In this document: positions 1 through 8,021 of the stretch, one piece after another
Layout of the letters: every line of letters begins with the position of its first letter
Numbering within the stretch: position 1 is the stretch's first letter
The notes under the pieces: generated by a model
Told to the model about the DNA's origin: nothing
What the model saw: only the letters and a program-made list of their open reading frames with translations
The model's database searches: none
Position numbers and translations under genes: made by a program
Source: Acidimicrobiia bacterium
GTDB lineage: Bacteria; Actinomycetota; Acidimicrobiia; Spongiisociales; ZC4RG35
Reading direction: 5' to 3'
Length of the DNA: 64,000 nucleotides
Assembly (NCBI GenBank): GCA_035462175.1
Contig: DATHUP010000051.1
Location: 4,418-68,417, forward strand

Positions 1-147
1 ATTGACACTCCCACCGTGTTCCGGCCCTCGAACTCGACTTTCTACTTCCGGCACACCCTCACACAGGGGATCGCGGATTCCCAGTTCACCTGGAACGCCG
101 CCGGGTCAGGCTGGCTCCCGGTCTCCGGCGACTTCGGCCTCGACTGA
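1..147 (+). CDS. 3' end of an upstream gene (partial, hypothetical secreted/repeat-type protein)
   Basis: Frame 1 is open from the window edge to TGA at 145-147 and reads IDTPTVFRPSNSTFYFRHTLTQGIADSQFTWNAAGSGWLPVSGDFGLD. Composition is coding-like. No family assigned. Confidence 0.4.
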   Translation: MDTPTVFRPSNSTFYFRHTLTQGIADSQFTWNAAGSGWLPVSGDFGLD

Positions 148-191
148 GCCCGCCCCGAAAGCGGAGAGTTCGGTGAGGAGTACGGCTCGGC

Positions 192-473
192 TCAGCGGCG
201 GCGACGGGCCCCGCCTGCGCCGCCACCAAAAAGGATGCCGGCACCGAGCACGAAGCCGAAGTCGTACCAGTTCCCGTTGTTGTTGACCTCGTAGAAGTTC
301 ACGTTGTCGGTGAACAACGAGATGATGAAGGTGACAGGGGCGATGAAGCCGTGCCAGAGCCCGAAGAGGAACCCGGCGGAGTCGCCTGTGCCCACCGCCG
401 GGTTTTCCCCCGGCGCGCAAGCGGCGAGGACCACCGTGAGGATGACCAGGAAGACAGCGTGATGACGTTTCAT
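192..473 (-). CDS. small hypothetical lipoprotein/membrane protein
   Basis: 93 aa with an N-terminal signal plus lipobox-like LAAC (MKRHHAVFLVILTVVLAACAPG), followed by hydrophobic Gly-rich segments. No recognisable domain. Confidence 0.5.
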   Translation of the reverse strand: MKRHHAVFLVILTVVLAACAPGENPAVGTGDSAGFLFGLWHGFIAPVTFIISLFTDNVNFYEVNNNGNWYDFGFVLGAGILFGGGAGGARRRR

Positions 474-498
474 CGTCGCCCAAACCTAGCCCGTCACC

Positions 499-1863
499 TC
501 AGACCTCGCGGAGGGCGACGAGGGTTTGCTCCAGCGCATCCTTGGCGTCGGCGAAGTACATGAGCGTGTTGTCGTTGTAGAACAGCGGGTTGTCGATCCC
601 GGCGAAGCCCGGGGAGAGGCTTCGCTTGACGACGATCACGGTGCCGGCCCGGTCGACGTTGAGGATCGGCATCCCATAGATCGGTGAGTCCGGATCGTCT
701 CGCGCCGAGGAGTTGACCACGTCGTTGGCGCCGAGAATCAGCACCGCGTCGGTCTGAGGAAGCATTGGATCGGCCTGTTCCAGATCGAGAAGCTGCTCGT
801 AGGACACATCGGCCTCGGCCAGGAGCACGTTCATGTGCCCCGGCATCCGGCCCGCTACCGGGTGGATGGCGTAGTGAACCTTGATCCCCTTCTCCTCGAG
901 CGCCTCGGCCAGATCCCGGGCCGCATGCTGCGCCTGGGCAACGGCGAGGCCGTACCCGGGCACGATCATCACCGATTGCGCATATCCCAGGGCGATGGCC
1001 GCGTCCTCTGCGCCCGCCCGGTTCACCGGACGATCGCTCATGGTTCCCCCTGCGCCACCTTCGCCCGTGCCGAACCCTGCGAAGAGCACATTGGTCAGCG
1101 ACCGGTTCATCGCCTCCGTCATCTGGATGGTGAGGATCAGCCCGGCGGCGCCGACCAGGGCGCCGCCGATGATGAGCGCGTTGTTGGTTATCACGAAGCC
1201 GGCGGCGGCCGCGGCGAGGCCGGAGAACGAGTTGAGCAGTGAGATCACAACCGGCATGTCGGCTCCGCCGATCGGGATCACGGCGAGGACCCCGATGACG
1301 AGCGAGATGGCGGCGATGATCCAGTAGCCGATCGGATCGCCCGAGGTGAGGGTCCAGATCGCCACCCCTATGGCCGCCACGGTCAGAACGCCGTTGACGA
1401 ACTGCTGGCCCCTGAACAGGAGGGGGCGACCCGTGATGATCCCCTGCAGCTTCCCGTAGGCCACGAAGCTGCCGGTGAAGGTGACCGTGCCGATGACGAT
1501 GGAGAGCATGATGGTGACCGCCGTCTCCACGGGGATGGCGTCGGAGCCCGCCTCGACGACTGCCACGGCTGCGACCAACGACGAGGCGATGCCCCCGGAG
1601 CCGTTGAAGGCGGCAACCAGTTGGGGCATGGCGGTCATGCGCACCCTCAGCGCGGCCCAGGCCCCGATGGCGGCACCGACGACGAGGCCGGCCACGATGG
1701 TGTCCCAGTTGAGGATCTGCTCGTCGATGAGGGCCACGACAACGGCGACGAGCATCCCGATCCCGGCGATGAGATTTCCCGACCGGGCCGTGCGCGGGCC
1801 GCTCATGCGCTTCAGCCCGATGATGAACGCCACCGCACACGCCAGGTAGATGAGCTCGATCAC
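499..1863 (-). CDS. pntB: NAD(P) transhydrogenase beta subunit
   Basis: 454 aa with a polytopic N-terminus and a C-terminal NADP(H)-binding domain (GYGLAVAQAQ, HPVAGRMPGHMNVLLAEA, ILGANDVVN). Overlaps the upstream pntAB stop by 4 nt. Confidence 0.93.
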   Translation of the reverse strand: MIELIYLACAVAFIIGLKRMSGPRTARSGNLIAGIGMLVAVVVALIDEQILNWDTIVAGLVVGAAIGAWAALRVRMTAMPQLVAAFNGSGGIASSLVAAVAVVEAGSDAIPVETAVTIMLSIVIGTVTFTGSFVAYGKLQGIITGRPLLFRGQQFVNGVLTVAAIGVAIWTLTSGDPIGYWIIAAISLVIGVLAVIPIGGADMPVVISLLNSFSGLAAAAAGFVITNNALIIGGALVGAAGLILTIQMTEAMNRSLTNVLFAGFGTGEGGAGGTMSDRPVNRAGAEDAAIALGYAQSVMIVPGYGLAVAQAQHAARDLAEALEEKGIKVHYAIHPVAGRMPGHMNVLLAEADVSYEQLLDLEQADPMLPQTDAVLILGANDVVNSSARDDPDSPIYGMPILNVDRAGTVIVVKRSLSPGFAGIDNPLFYNDNTLMYFADAKDALEQTLVALREV

Positions 1864-2162
1864 GCCTCGTCTCGCTCTCGCTGACGGGGTCGTCGGAACA
1901 TGGCCAGCATCCGATCGGTGACCAGGAAGCCCCCGATCACGTTGACCGTCGCCGAGACCACGGCCAGGAATCCGAGAACCTCGGCCGCGGTGCCCATGCC
2001 CAGACCGGCCGCGGTGACCGCACCGAGGATCGTTACGCCGGATATCGCGTTGGCGCCCGACATGAGCGGTGTGTGCAACGTCGGGGGTACCTTGGAGATG
2101 ACCTCGAAGCCGACGAATGCTGCCAGGACGAACACGACGATGCCGACGACCAACTCGTTCAA
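1860..2162 (-). CDS. pntAB: NAD(P) transhydrogenase alpha subunit part 2 (membrane part)
   Basis: About 100 aa and 3 TM (VVGIVVFVLAAFVGFEVISKVP..LHTPLMSGANAISG). A TTG start at 2162 overlaps the TGA stop of pntAA (TTGA). The ORF-track start at 2231 is probably an upstream extension. Confidence 0.85.
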   Translation of the reverse strand: MNELVVGIVVFVLAAFVGFEVISKVPPTLHTPLMSGANAISGVTILGAVTAAGLGMGTAAEVLGFLAVVSATVNVIGGFLVTDRMLAMFRRPRQRERDEA

Positions 2163-3298
2163 GTCTCCGTCTCCAGACCCAGGGAGCGACGGACCACGGG
2201 ATGGAGCACTTTCCCGTCGTGGGTGATACAAGCTTCCGAGATGATCTTGTCGGCGAAATCGAGGGAAAGGCCGCCCTCTTCGTCGGTGAGGAGGGCGAGA
2301 AAGGCGGTCAGGTTTCGGGCGTACATCTGACTTGCGTCGACCGCCACCCGTCCCGGAAGGTCGATCGGCCCGATCACGGTGACACCGTTGTGCACGATGG
2401 TCTGCCCCGCTCTGGTCACCTCGACATTCCCTCCGGCTGGGGCGGCGACATCGACGATCACCGACCCGGGCCTCATCTGTTCCACCATCTCGCTGGAGAT
2501 GAGGAGGGGAGCGGGCATGCCCGGCACCTGGGCGGTGGTGATGACCACGTCCGCCCCGGCGACGTGAGGGGCGAGCGCATCCATCTGACGTCGCTGTGTC
2601 TCGTCGGCTACGCCCTTGGCATAGCCACTGGCCGAGGCGGCCGACTCGTCGACCGGCGCCGACACGAAACGGGCGCCAAGACTCTCGATCTGCTCGCGCA
2701 CCTCGGGCCGAATGTCGTAGGCGGAGACCACTGCACCGAGTCTCCTGGCGGTGGCGATCGCTTGCAGGCCGGCCACCCCGGCGCCGAGGACGAGGAGCTT
2801 GACCGGTGGGATGGTCCCGGCCGCAGTGGTCAGCATCGGGAAGAACCTGGGCGTGGCTGCGGCTGCGGTGAGCACCGCCTGATACCCGGCTGCAGTGGCC
2901 TGTGAGGACATCGCGTCCATGCTCTGGGCCAACGTGGTCCGGGGGACCGCCTCCATGGCGAAGGACGTTATGCGGCGTCTCAGCATCTCGTTGACCAGGT
3001 CCGGGGAGCTGAACGGGTCGAGAAAGCCGATGAGGACCGATCCCTCAGCCATCCTCGTCGCCTGTGCGGTCGTGGCCGGTCCCACCACCAGGACCACCTC
3101 CGCCCCCGGGTAGGGGTCGGCGCTCAGGTCCACTCCCTCGGCACGATAAGCCTCGTCGTCGAACCCGGCGCCCACACCTGCCCCCTCCTGGACGACCACC
3201 CGGTGGCGCTGCTCGATCAGCCTCAGGGCCACCTGCGGCGTCATTGCAACCCGGCGCTCTCCGGGCGCCTCGGCGGGGATCGCGATCTGCATCAGCAC
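2159..3298 (-). CDS. pntAA: NAD(P) transhydrogenase alpha subunit part 1 (alanine-dehydrogenase-like dI domain)
   Basis: 379 aa with the Rossmann motif VLGAGVAGLQAIATARRLGA and AlaDH/PNT N- and C-domain-like sequence. First gene of the pnt operon. Confidence 0.92.
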   Translation of the reverse strand: MLMQIAIPAEAPGERRVAMTPQVALRLIEQRHRVVVQEGAGVGAGFDDEAYRAEGVDLSADPYPGAEVVLVVGPATTAQATRMAEGSVLIGFLDPFSSPDLVNEMLRRRITSFAMEAVPRTTLAQSMDAMSSQATAAGYQAVLTAAAATPRFFPMLTTAAGTIPPVKLLVLGAGVAGLQAIATARRLGAVVSAYDIRPEVREQIESLGARFVSAPVDESAASASGYAKGVADETQRRQMDALAPHVAGADVVITTAQVPGMPAPLLISSEMVEQMRPGSVIVDVAAPAGGNVEVTRAGQTIVHNGVTVIGPIDLPGRVAVDASQMYARNLTAFLALLTDEEGGLSLDFADKIISEACITHDGKVLHPVVRRSLGLETET

Positions 3299-3411
3299 GC
3301 GAGGCTACGGCCAGGCCGGGTCTCCACGCAATCCGGCCCCGCCGGCGCCAGAGCTCTCAGCGTTTGGGCAGCGCGACCATCGGAGTGTTACGGAGCCAAA
3401 GGGTCTACGCG

Positions 3412-3454
3412 TCAGGGGCGTCTCCCAGTTGTCGCACCTGGGAGACGCCCCTGA
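3412..3454. terminator. 17-bp perfect stem hairpin (terminator-like)
   Basis: TCAGGGGCGTCTCCCAG (3412-3428) and CTGGGAGACGCCCCTGA (3438-3454) flank a 9-nt loop. Lies about 20 nt downstream of the lipoprotein gene stop (3475, minus). There is no U tract, so it would be an I-shaped terminator or an RNA-stability element. Confidence 0.5.
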
Positions 3455-3474
3455 AGAGCGGAGACCTCTATCCC

Positions 3475-4065
3475 CTAGTAGTCCAAGTCGTCGCCGGTGG
3501 GCGCTTCCTGGATCGAAGCCTCGGGGCCTTCGATCAGGTTCCCGTCGGTGCCGACCACGAACCAGACCCCGCCAACACCCTGCCCATTGGTGTCGCCGGG
3601 GGCAGCGTCGGGGGTGTACAGGTAGAGAGGCTGGTCGTTCACGGTGAGCTGCTCGCTGCCGTCGTCACGGGTGGTGGTCCCGAAGATGGAGGCATCGAGA
3701 TCGGACCCGATCGCAGTATCGCCAGGGACCGCCGGCCAGTTCTCGATGCAGCCTTCGTTGCATACGCTCGTCCCGCCGGAGTCGTTGGTGAACACGTACA
3801 AGGTGAAGCCTTCGGGATCGACCAGGATGGTGCCTAGGTCTGTCTCGGATCCGTGGACGCTCTCCACCATTTCCTCTGCGGCGGTTGTGGTGGTCGCTTC
3901 GGCTGCTGCGGCCGTTGTGGTGGTCTCTTCCTCGACGGCGGCGGTTGTGGTGGCAGCCAGGGTGTCGGCGACTGTCGTCTCACTGGTTCCCTCCTCGGCA
4001 TCGCCACCGCAGGCGGCGACGATCATCAGGATGGCGGCGGACAGGATCACGGTGTGTCGCTTCAT
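3475..4065 (-). CDS. secreted lipoprotein, COG4315-type (Yx[FWY]xxD repeat)
   Basis: Signal plus lipobox MKRHTVILSAAILMIVAACGG, a T/A/E-rich linker, and two Yx(F/Y)xxD motifs (LYVFTND, LYLYTPD) with CNEGCIENWP. The start is set at the internal ATG (4065), not the ORF-track start 4131. Confidence 0.75.
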   Translation of the reverse strand: MKRHTVILSAAILMIVAACGGDAEEGTSETTVADTLAATTTAAVEEETTTTAAAAEATTTTAAEEMVESVHGSETDLGTILVDPEGFTLYVFTNDSGGTSVCNEGCIENWPAVPGDTAIGSDLDASIFGTTTRDDGSEQLTVNDQPLYLYTPDAAPGDTNGQGVGGVWFVVGTDGNLIEGPEASIQEAPTGDDLDY

Positions 4066-4138
4066 GTCTTCTCCTCTGTCTGTCGCTCCAATACGCAGCG
4101 AAGGCCGCCCATGGTTCACGACCTGGCACAATCCTGTC

Positions 4139-4657
4139 GTGGATCGTGAGGTTCTGGAACGGTTCCGGCTCGGTGACGAAGCTGCTGTAAAGGCTGTCTA
4201 TGACCGATTCGGGGGACCGGTGTTCGCCCTGTCGATGAGCATCCTGGGCGAGCACGGTCTGGCCGCGGACGCCACCCAGCAGACGTTCATCAAGGCGTGG
4301 CGCGCTGCCTCGACCTATGACGCCGAGCGGAGTTTCAGTCCCTGGATCTACGCCATTGCTCGCCGGACTGCCATCGACCTCTATCGGAAGCGCTCCCGTT
4401 TGGTGGTGAGCGACGAGGTCGACCTCGTCTCCTTTCCACCGGGCCTGGAGACCGTCTGGGAGGTCTTCGAGGTGCGTTCGGCTCTCGACCGGCTCCCCGA
4501 CGAAGAGCGTCAGGTGGTCAAGCTGAGCCACTTCGACGGCCTCACCCACGTCGAGATCGCAGCACGGCTCGACATCCCGGTGGGCACGGTCAAGTCCCGG
4601 TCCCATCGGGCTCACAAACGTCTGGTCGAGATGCTCAGACATGTGGAGGAGACGTGA
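4139..4657 (+). CDS. ECF-type RNA polymerase sigma-70 factor
   Basis: Region 2 (FIKAWRAASTYDAERSFSPWIYAIARRTAIDLYRKR) and region 4 HTH (LSHFDGLTHVEIAARLDIPVGTVKSRSHRAHKRL). Start taken at GTG 4139. The long ORF-track N-terminus (from 3644) overlaps the opposite-strand lipoprotein gene. Confidence 0.85.
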   Translation: MDREVLERFRLGDEAAVKAVYDRFGGPVFALSMSILGEHGLAADATQQTFIKAWRAASTYDAERSFSPWIYAIARRTAIDLYRKRSRLVVSDEVDLVSFPPGLETVWEVFEVRSALDRLPDEERQVVKLSHFDGLTHVEIAARLDIPVGTVKSRSHRAHKRLVEMLRHVEET

Positions 4658-5345
4658 CACCAAGCGAACCGGCGCCGAGCGGGCGACGTACTGGAAGAGA
4701 GTGATGACACCCGACGAAGCGCGCGCGCACTACCTGGCATCGGGTTCGGACGCCCCGTCCGACCACGAGCGGCTGGATCTGATCCGTCACGTGCTGGGCG
4801 AAGAGGCGACCTGGGCCGAGCCACCTCCGCTCGTGGCCGACAGCCTTCTGGCGGCATTGGCGGTCGAGGGCGCTCCGGGGTTGTCTGCCACACCCGAACG
4901 TGGGTCCCGCTGGCCCCTGGCCGCTGCCGTGGCCGGGGGCATAGTCGCCGTCGTCGCCCTGGTGTTGAGCACGATCACCGTCCTCGACCAGGAGAGGGAC
5001 ACCGTCGTCGCCATGAGCGGCACCGATCTCGAGGCCTCTGCCTCCGGCCAGGCGGCCGTCAGGTCTACCGACGCCGGCTGGTGGATTCGCCTCGACGTCA
5101 CCGGTCTTTCCCCTGCGCCGGAGGGGAAGTACTACGAAGGCTGGGTGTGGAGCGATGACGACGATGGCGTGAGCATCGGCACCTTCCACCTCAGGGGAGG
5201 AGACGCACCGGTCGTTCTCTGGTCCGGGGTCCCCCTGGCCGATTATCCCTCGATCTGGGTGACCCTGGAGGACGAGAAGGGAGGCCCCGAGGCGTCAGAC
5301 CTGGTGGTCCTGACCGGGCGGCTCCCCGCGCCCCCCGACGACTGA
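4641..5345 (+). CDS. anti-sigma factor, RskA-like C-terminal domain
   Basis: Immediately follows and overlaps the ECF sigma gene. Has a single TM (WPLAAAVAGGIVAVVALVLSTI) and an extracytoplasmic domain (YYEGWVW..SIWVTLEDEKGGPEASDLVVLTG) typical of anti-sigma-K RskA. An alternative ATG lies at 4704. Confidence 0.7.
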   Translation: MWRRRDTKRTGAERATYWKRVMTPDEARAHYLASGSDAPSDHERLDLIRHVLGEEATWAEPPPLVADSLLAALAVEGAPGLSATPERGSRWPLAAAVAGGIVAVVALVLSTITVLDQERDTVVAMSGTDLEASASGQAAVRSTDAGWWIRLDVTGLSPAPEGKYYEGWVWSDDDDGVSIGTFHLRGGDAPVVLWSGVPLADYPSIWVTLEDEKGGPEASDLVVLTGRLPAPPDD

Positions 5346-5347
5346 GG

Positions 5348-5581
5348 TCATTCTCCCCGGAAGAACCGGGAGGCGAGGTTGAGGATGAGGGTTCCCACCA
5401 CGCTCACCACCAGCATCGAGGTGATCGGTATGAACACCGTCGTGCTCTCCGTCTCCCGTCGGATGTCGCCCGGAAGGTGCCCGAACCAGGAGAAGAGCCA
5501 GGGGAAGTAGCGAAGGATCACCCCGATCAAGACGATCAGGGCCCCGACCACGATCAGCAGCCCGGAGGTTCGTGTGCTCAT
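5348..5581 (-). CDS. DUF2905-type small membrane protein
   Basis: 77 aa with two TM segments flanking the HLPGDIRRE motif. The ATG at 5581 overlaps the stop of the upstream oxidoreductase (ATGA). The longer ORF-track extension is Arg/Gly-rich noise. Confidence 0.7.
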   Translation of the reverse strand: MSTRTSGLLIVVGALIVLIGVILRYFPWLFSWFGHLPGDIRRETESTTVFIPITSMLVVSVVGTLILNLASRFFRGE

Positions 5582-6594
5582 TCCGGGTGACGGATGACGA
5601 CCTTGCCTGTCTGCTCGCCGGCATCGAGGAGCTCCAGGGCCTTGGGCAGGTCGGCGAAGTCGAAGACCTCGCTCACCTGAGCCTTCGCTCCGCCTGTGGT
5701 CACCCAAGTGGCAGCTCGGGCGAACTGAGCGTGGTTGGCCATCGAAGACCCGACGAGATGAAGCTGGCGGAAGAAGAGCGTGGGCAGGGTCAGCTCCAAC
5801 TTGGCGCCGCTGGTGGCGCCGCAGATGGCGATGCGACCGCCTTTCTTGGCCGCCCGCATCGACTGGCGCATGGTGGCGGGACCGACGTTGTCGATGACGA
5901 CATCGGCTCCACCAGCGGCGGTCATCTCGGCGCCAAAGTCCGCTTCGGAGTCGAATCCGGCGACGGCCCCCTCGGCGACGGCCCAGTCGATCTTGTCCTT
6001 GGACCTGGAGGTGACATAGACCTTGGCCCGCATCGCGAGGCCCAGATGCAGTGCCGCCGCCGACACCCCTCCGCCGACACCGACCACGAGGAGGGTCTGA
6101 CCCGGTTTGAGCTCTGTCCTCTCGATCATGCGGAGGGCGGTGGCTGTGGCCAGGCCGAACGATCCCGCCACCTCCCAGGGCATCGCCTCGGGCTTGCGCA
6201 CTGCGTTGATCGTCGGGATCACGATCTTCTCGGCGAAGGTTCCGGGTCGATGTTCCCCCAGGATCTGAAAGGAGTCGCAATAGACGATGTCGTCGTTGCG
6301 GCAGTAGGCGCAGTGACCGCAGGAGAAAGACGGGTCGATTATGACCTCGTCGCCGATCTCGAATCCGGCAACTCCATCGCCGATCGCATCCACGTACCCC
6401 GCCCCGTCGGCACCGGTGGTGTGGGGGAGCTGCTTGGGTGCGGGAAGGCCTCGGGAGACCCAGAGGTCGAGGTGATTCAGCGCCGAGTGGCTGATCCGCA
6501 CCCGCACCTCGCCGGGCCCGGGCTCTGGCCCGTCGACATCGTTGAGCGCGAACGACTCGAGCCCTTTGGTGTCGGTGAGCTGCCAGGCCTTCAT
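5578..6594 (-). CDS. zinc-binding alcohol dehydrogenase / quinone oxidoreductase (MDR superfamily)
   Basis: MKAWQL.. N-terminus, GroES-like domain with CGHCAYCRNDD, Rossmann motif LLVVGVGGGVSAAALHLG. Start taken at internal ATG 6594. Confidence 0.85.
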   Translation of the reverse strand: MKAWQLTDTKGLESFALNDVDGPEPGPGEVRVRISHSALNHLDLWVSRGLPAPKQLPHTTGADGAGYVDAIGDGVAGFEIGDEVIIDPSFSCGHCAYCRNDDIVYCDSFQILGEHRPGTFAEKIVIPTINAVRKPEAMPWEVAGSFGLATATALRMIERTELKPGQTLLVVGVGGGVSAAALHLGLAMRAKVYVTSRSKDKIDWAVAEGAVAGFDSEADFGAEMTAAGGADVVIDNVGPATMRQSMRAAKKGGRIAICGATSGAKLELTLPTLFFRQLHLVGSSMANHAQFARAATWVTTGGAKAQVSEVFDFADLPKALELLDAGEQTGKVVIRHPE

Positions 6595-6637
6595 TGTGGC
6601 GAGGGTAGCCTCGGGGGTTCCGAGCAGTGGAGGGGGA

Positions 6638-7063
6638 GTGGCCGTCCAGTTACCAACCGATCGCGAGGTCCACACCTCGTCGGTCAAGGTGCGTTTCTAC
6701 GAGCTGGATCCATACGACCACGTCAATCACACCAACTATTTCTCCTACTTCGAGACGGCTCGAATCGACTATCTGACCCATATGGGGTGGGGGCTGGACC
6801 GGCTCAAGGAACAGGGCTGGCAACTGGTGGTCGTCGAGCTCAATGCCAGGTTCTCCGCTGCCGCCCGATTCGGGGAAGAGCTCACCATCCACACCTGGAT
6901 CGAGGACGTCGGGCGGGTCAAGTCCACCTGGCAGCAGGTGATGCTCCGAGGCGACGAGGAGGTCGCCCGTCTCACCGTGTCGGCCGCCTTCACCGACCTG
7001 GCCGGCAAACCCCGCCGCATCCCCGGAGAGTTCGCCGGTCACATCCGGGGCCTCCTCGGCTAG
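6638..7063 (+). CDS. acyl-CoA thioesterase, 4HBT/YbgC-type hotdog fold
   Basis: VRFYELDPYDHVNHTNYFSYFETARIDYL and later hotdog-fold sequence. GTG start at 6638 is preceded by GGAGGGGGA. Confidence 0.8.
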   Translation: MAVQLPTDREVHTSSVKVRFYELDPYDHVNHTNYFSYFETARIDYLTHMGWGLDRLKEQGWQLVVVELNARFSAAARFGEELTIHTWIEDVGRVKSTWQQVMLRGDEEVARLTVSAAFTDLAGKPRRIPGEFAGHIRGLLG

Positions 7064-7074
7064 GTCCGCCGCCG

Positions 7075-7195
7075 CGAACCTGAGGTTCCCCGTCACGTAT
7101 TCGCTACGTACAGCCTCGAGTTCAGCACGGCCCTTTTTCGTCAGACGAACTCGAGAGCGTTCGTTGCACATATGCCACGGGGAACCTCAGGTTCG
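7075..7195. repeat. 121-bp element bounded by 19-bp perfect inverted repeats, with a nested hairpin
   Basis: CGAACCTGAGGTTCCCCGT (7075-7093) and its exact reverse complement (7177-7195). Each arm contains the palindrome GAACCTNAGGTTC. An inner inverted repeat is CTCGAGTTC (7115-7123) / GAACTCGAG (7147-7155). Lies in the thioesterase-dedA intergenic region. Confidence 0.6.
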
Positions 7196-7204
7196 GGGTA
7201 GACC

Positions 7205-7879
7205 ATGTCTACCGTGGTCGTGCTCCCCACGAGAAAGGTCTGCACGGTGTTGGATGGGTTGGTTGAGTGGGTGACTTCGGTCGTGGAGACCCTCGGCTAT
7301 GGGGGTGTCGCCTTTCTCGTCGCTCTGGAGAATCTGTTCCCCCCCATCCCGTCCGAAGTCGTTCTTCCCTTGGCCGGGTTCGTCGCCGCCGGGGGCCAGG
7401 CGTCGTACGTCGGCATGGTCGTCGCCGCCACCATTGGGTCGGTGGTGGGGGCCTTCGTCCTCTACGGGATCTCTGCCGCGATCGGTCCCATCCGTCTGCG
7501 CGCTCTCGTCGTGCGCTACGGCCGTTGGTTCGGTTTGGACGAAGCCGACCTCGATCGGACCGAGACCTGGTTCGACCGTCGCGCCAATGTCGCGGTCCTG
7601 GTCTGTCGCTGCATCCCGCTGATGCGGTCCCTGATCTCGATCCCGGCCGGCTTCCGGCGGATGGCCCTGGTCCCGTTCTCCCTCTACACCCTGCTCGGGA
7701 GTGTCGTCTGGAACGTTCTGCTGATCGGCGCCGGCTACCTGCTCGGGGAGAGATGGCACCAGGTCGAAGAGCCGCTCGAGTTGTTCCAGGCTGCGGTCCT
7801 CATCGCAATCGGAGTCGCCCTCGCCTGGTTCATCTGGCGGCGCATCGTCAGGCCCCGCCTCAGAAGCGCCGAGAGCTGA
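7205..7879 (+). CDS. DedA-family (SNARE-associated) membrane protein
   Basis: GYGGVAFLVALENLFPPIPSEVVLPLAGF and CRCIPLMRSLISIPAG are typical DedA motifs. 224 aa, polytopic. Confidence 0.85.
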   Translation: MSTVVVLPTRKVCTVLDGLVEWVTSVVETLGYGGVAFLVALENLFPPIPSEVVLPLAGFVAAGGQASYVGMVVAATIGSVVGAFVLYGISAAIGPIRLRALVVRYGRWFGLDEADLDRTETWFDRRANVAVLVCRCIPLMRSLISIPAGFRRMALVPFSLYTLLGSVVWNVLLIGAGYLLGERWHQVEEPLELFQAAVLIAIGVALAWFIWRRIVRPRLRSAES

Positions 7880-8021
7880 CCCAACACTGCGCGGATCCAT
7901 TGCATCGCAGACTTTTGCCGTTAGAGGCCTAAGACCCTCAACTGAGGGGACGAATCCGCCGATCATTGGTTCAAAGAGGAGCAGTCCCCTAATCCCGACT
8001 CAACAAGAATCCCGCTCTCGC

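Noticed and set aside
494-1840. Long antisense or out-of-frame ORFs, such as 494-1840 (448 aa), 22975-24369 (464 aa), 24505-25671 (388 aa), 37474-38901 (475 aa), 57518-58636 (372 aa) and 60797-62629 (610 aa)
   Set aside because: They are extremely Arg/Gly/Pro/His-rich with no motifs. Each fully overlaps a gene with clear family signatures on another frame or strand. This is the typical stop-codon-poor shadow ORF of high-GC DNA.
7147-7166. Second LexA box candidate CGAAC-TCGAGAGC-GTTCG
   Set aside because: The spacer is 8 nt rather than the required 4. It is part of the nested hairpin of the 7075-7195 element.
6650-7171. 173-aa minus-strand ORF starting MCNERSRVRLTKKGRAELEAV (MarR-like wing?)
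   Set aside because: Only the first 30 or so residues lie in intergenic DNA. The rest is antisense to the well-supported thioesterase gene and is low-complexity. At most it is a relic fragment, mentioned under the inverted-repeat finding.
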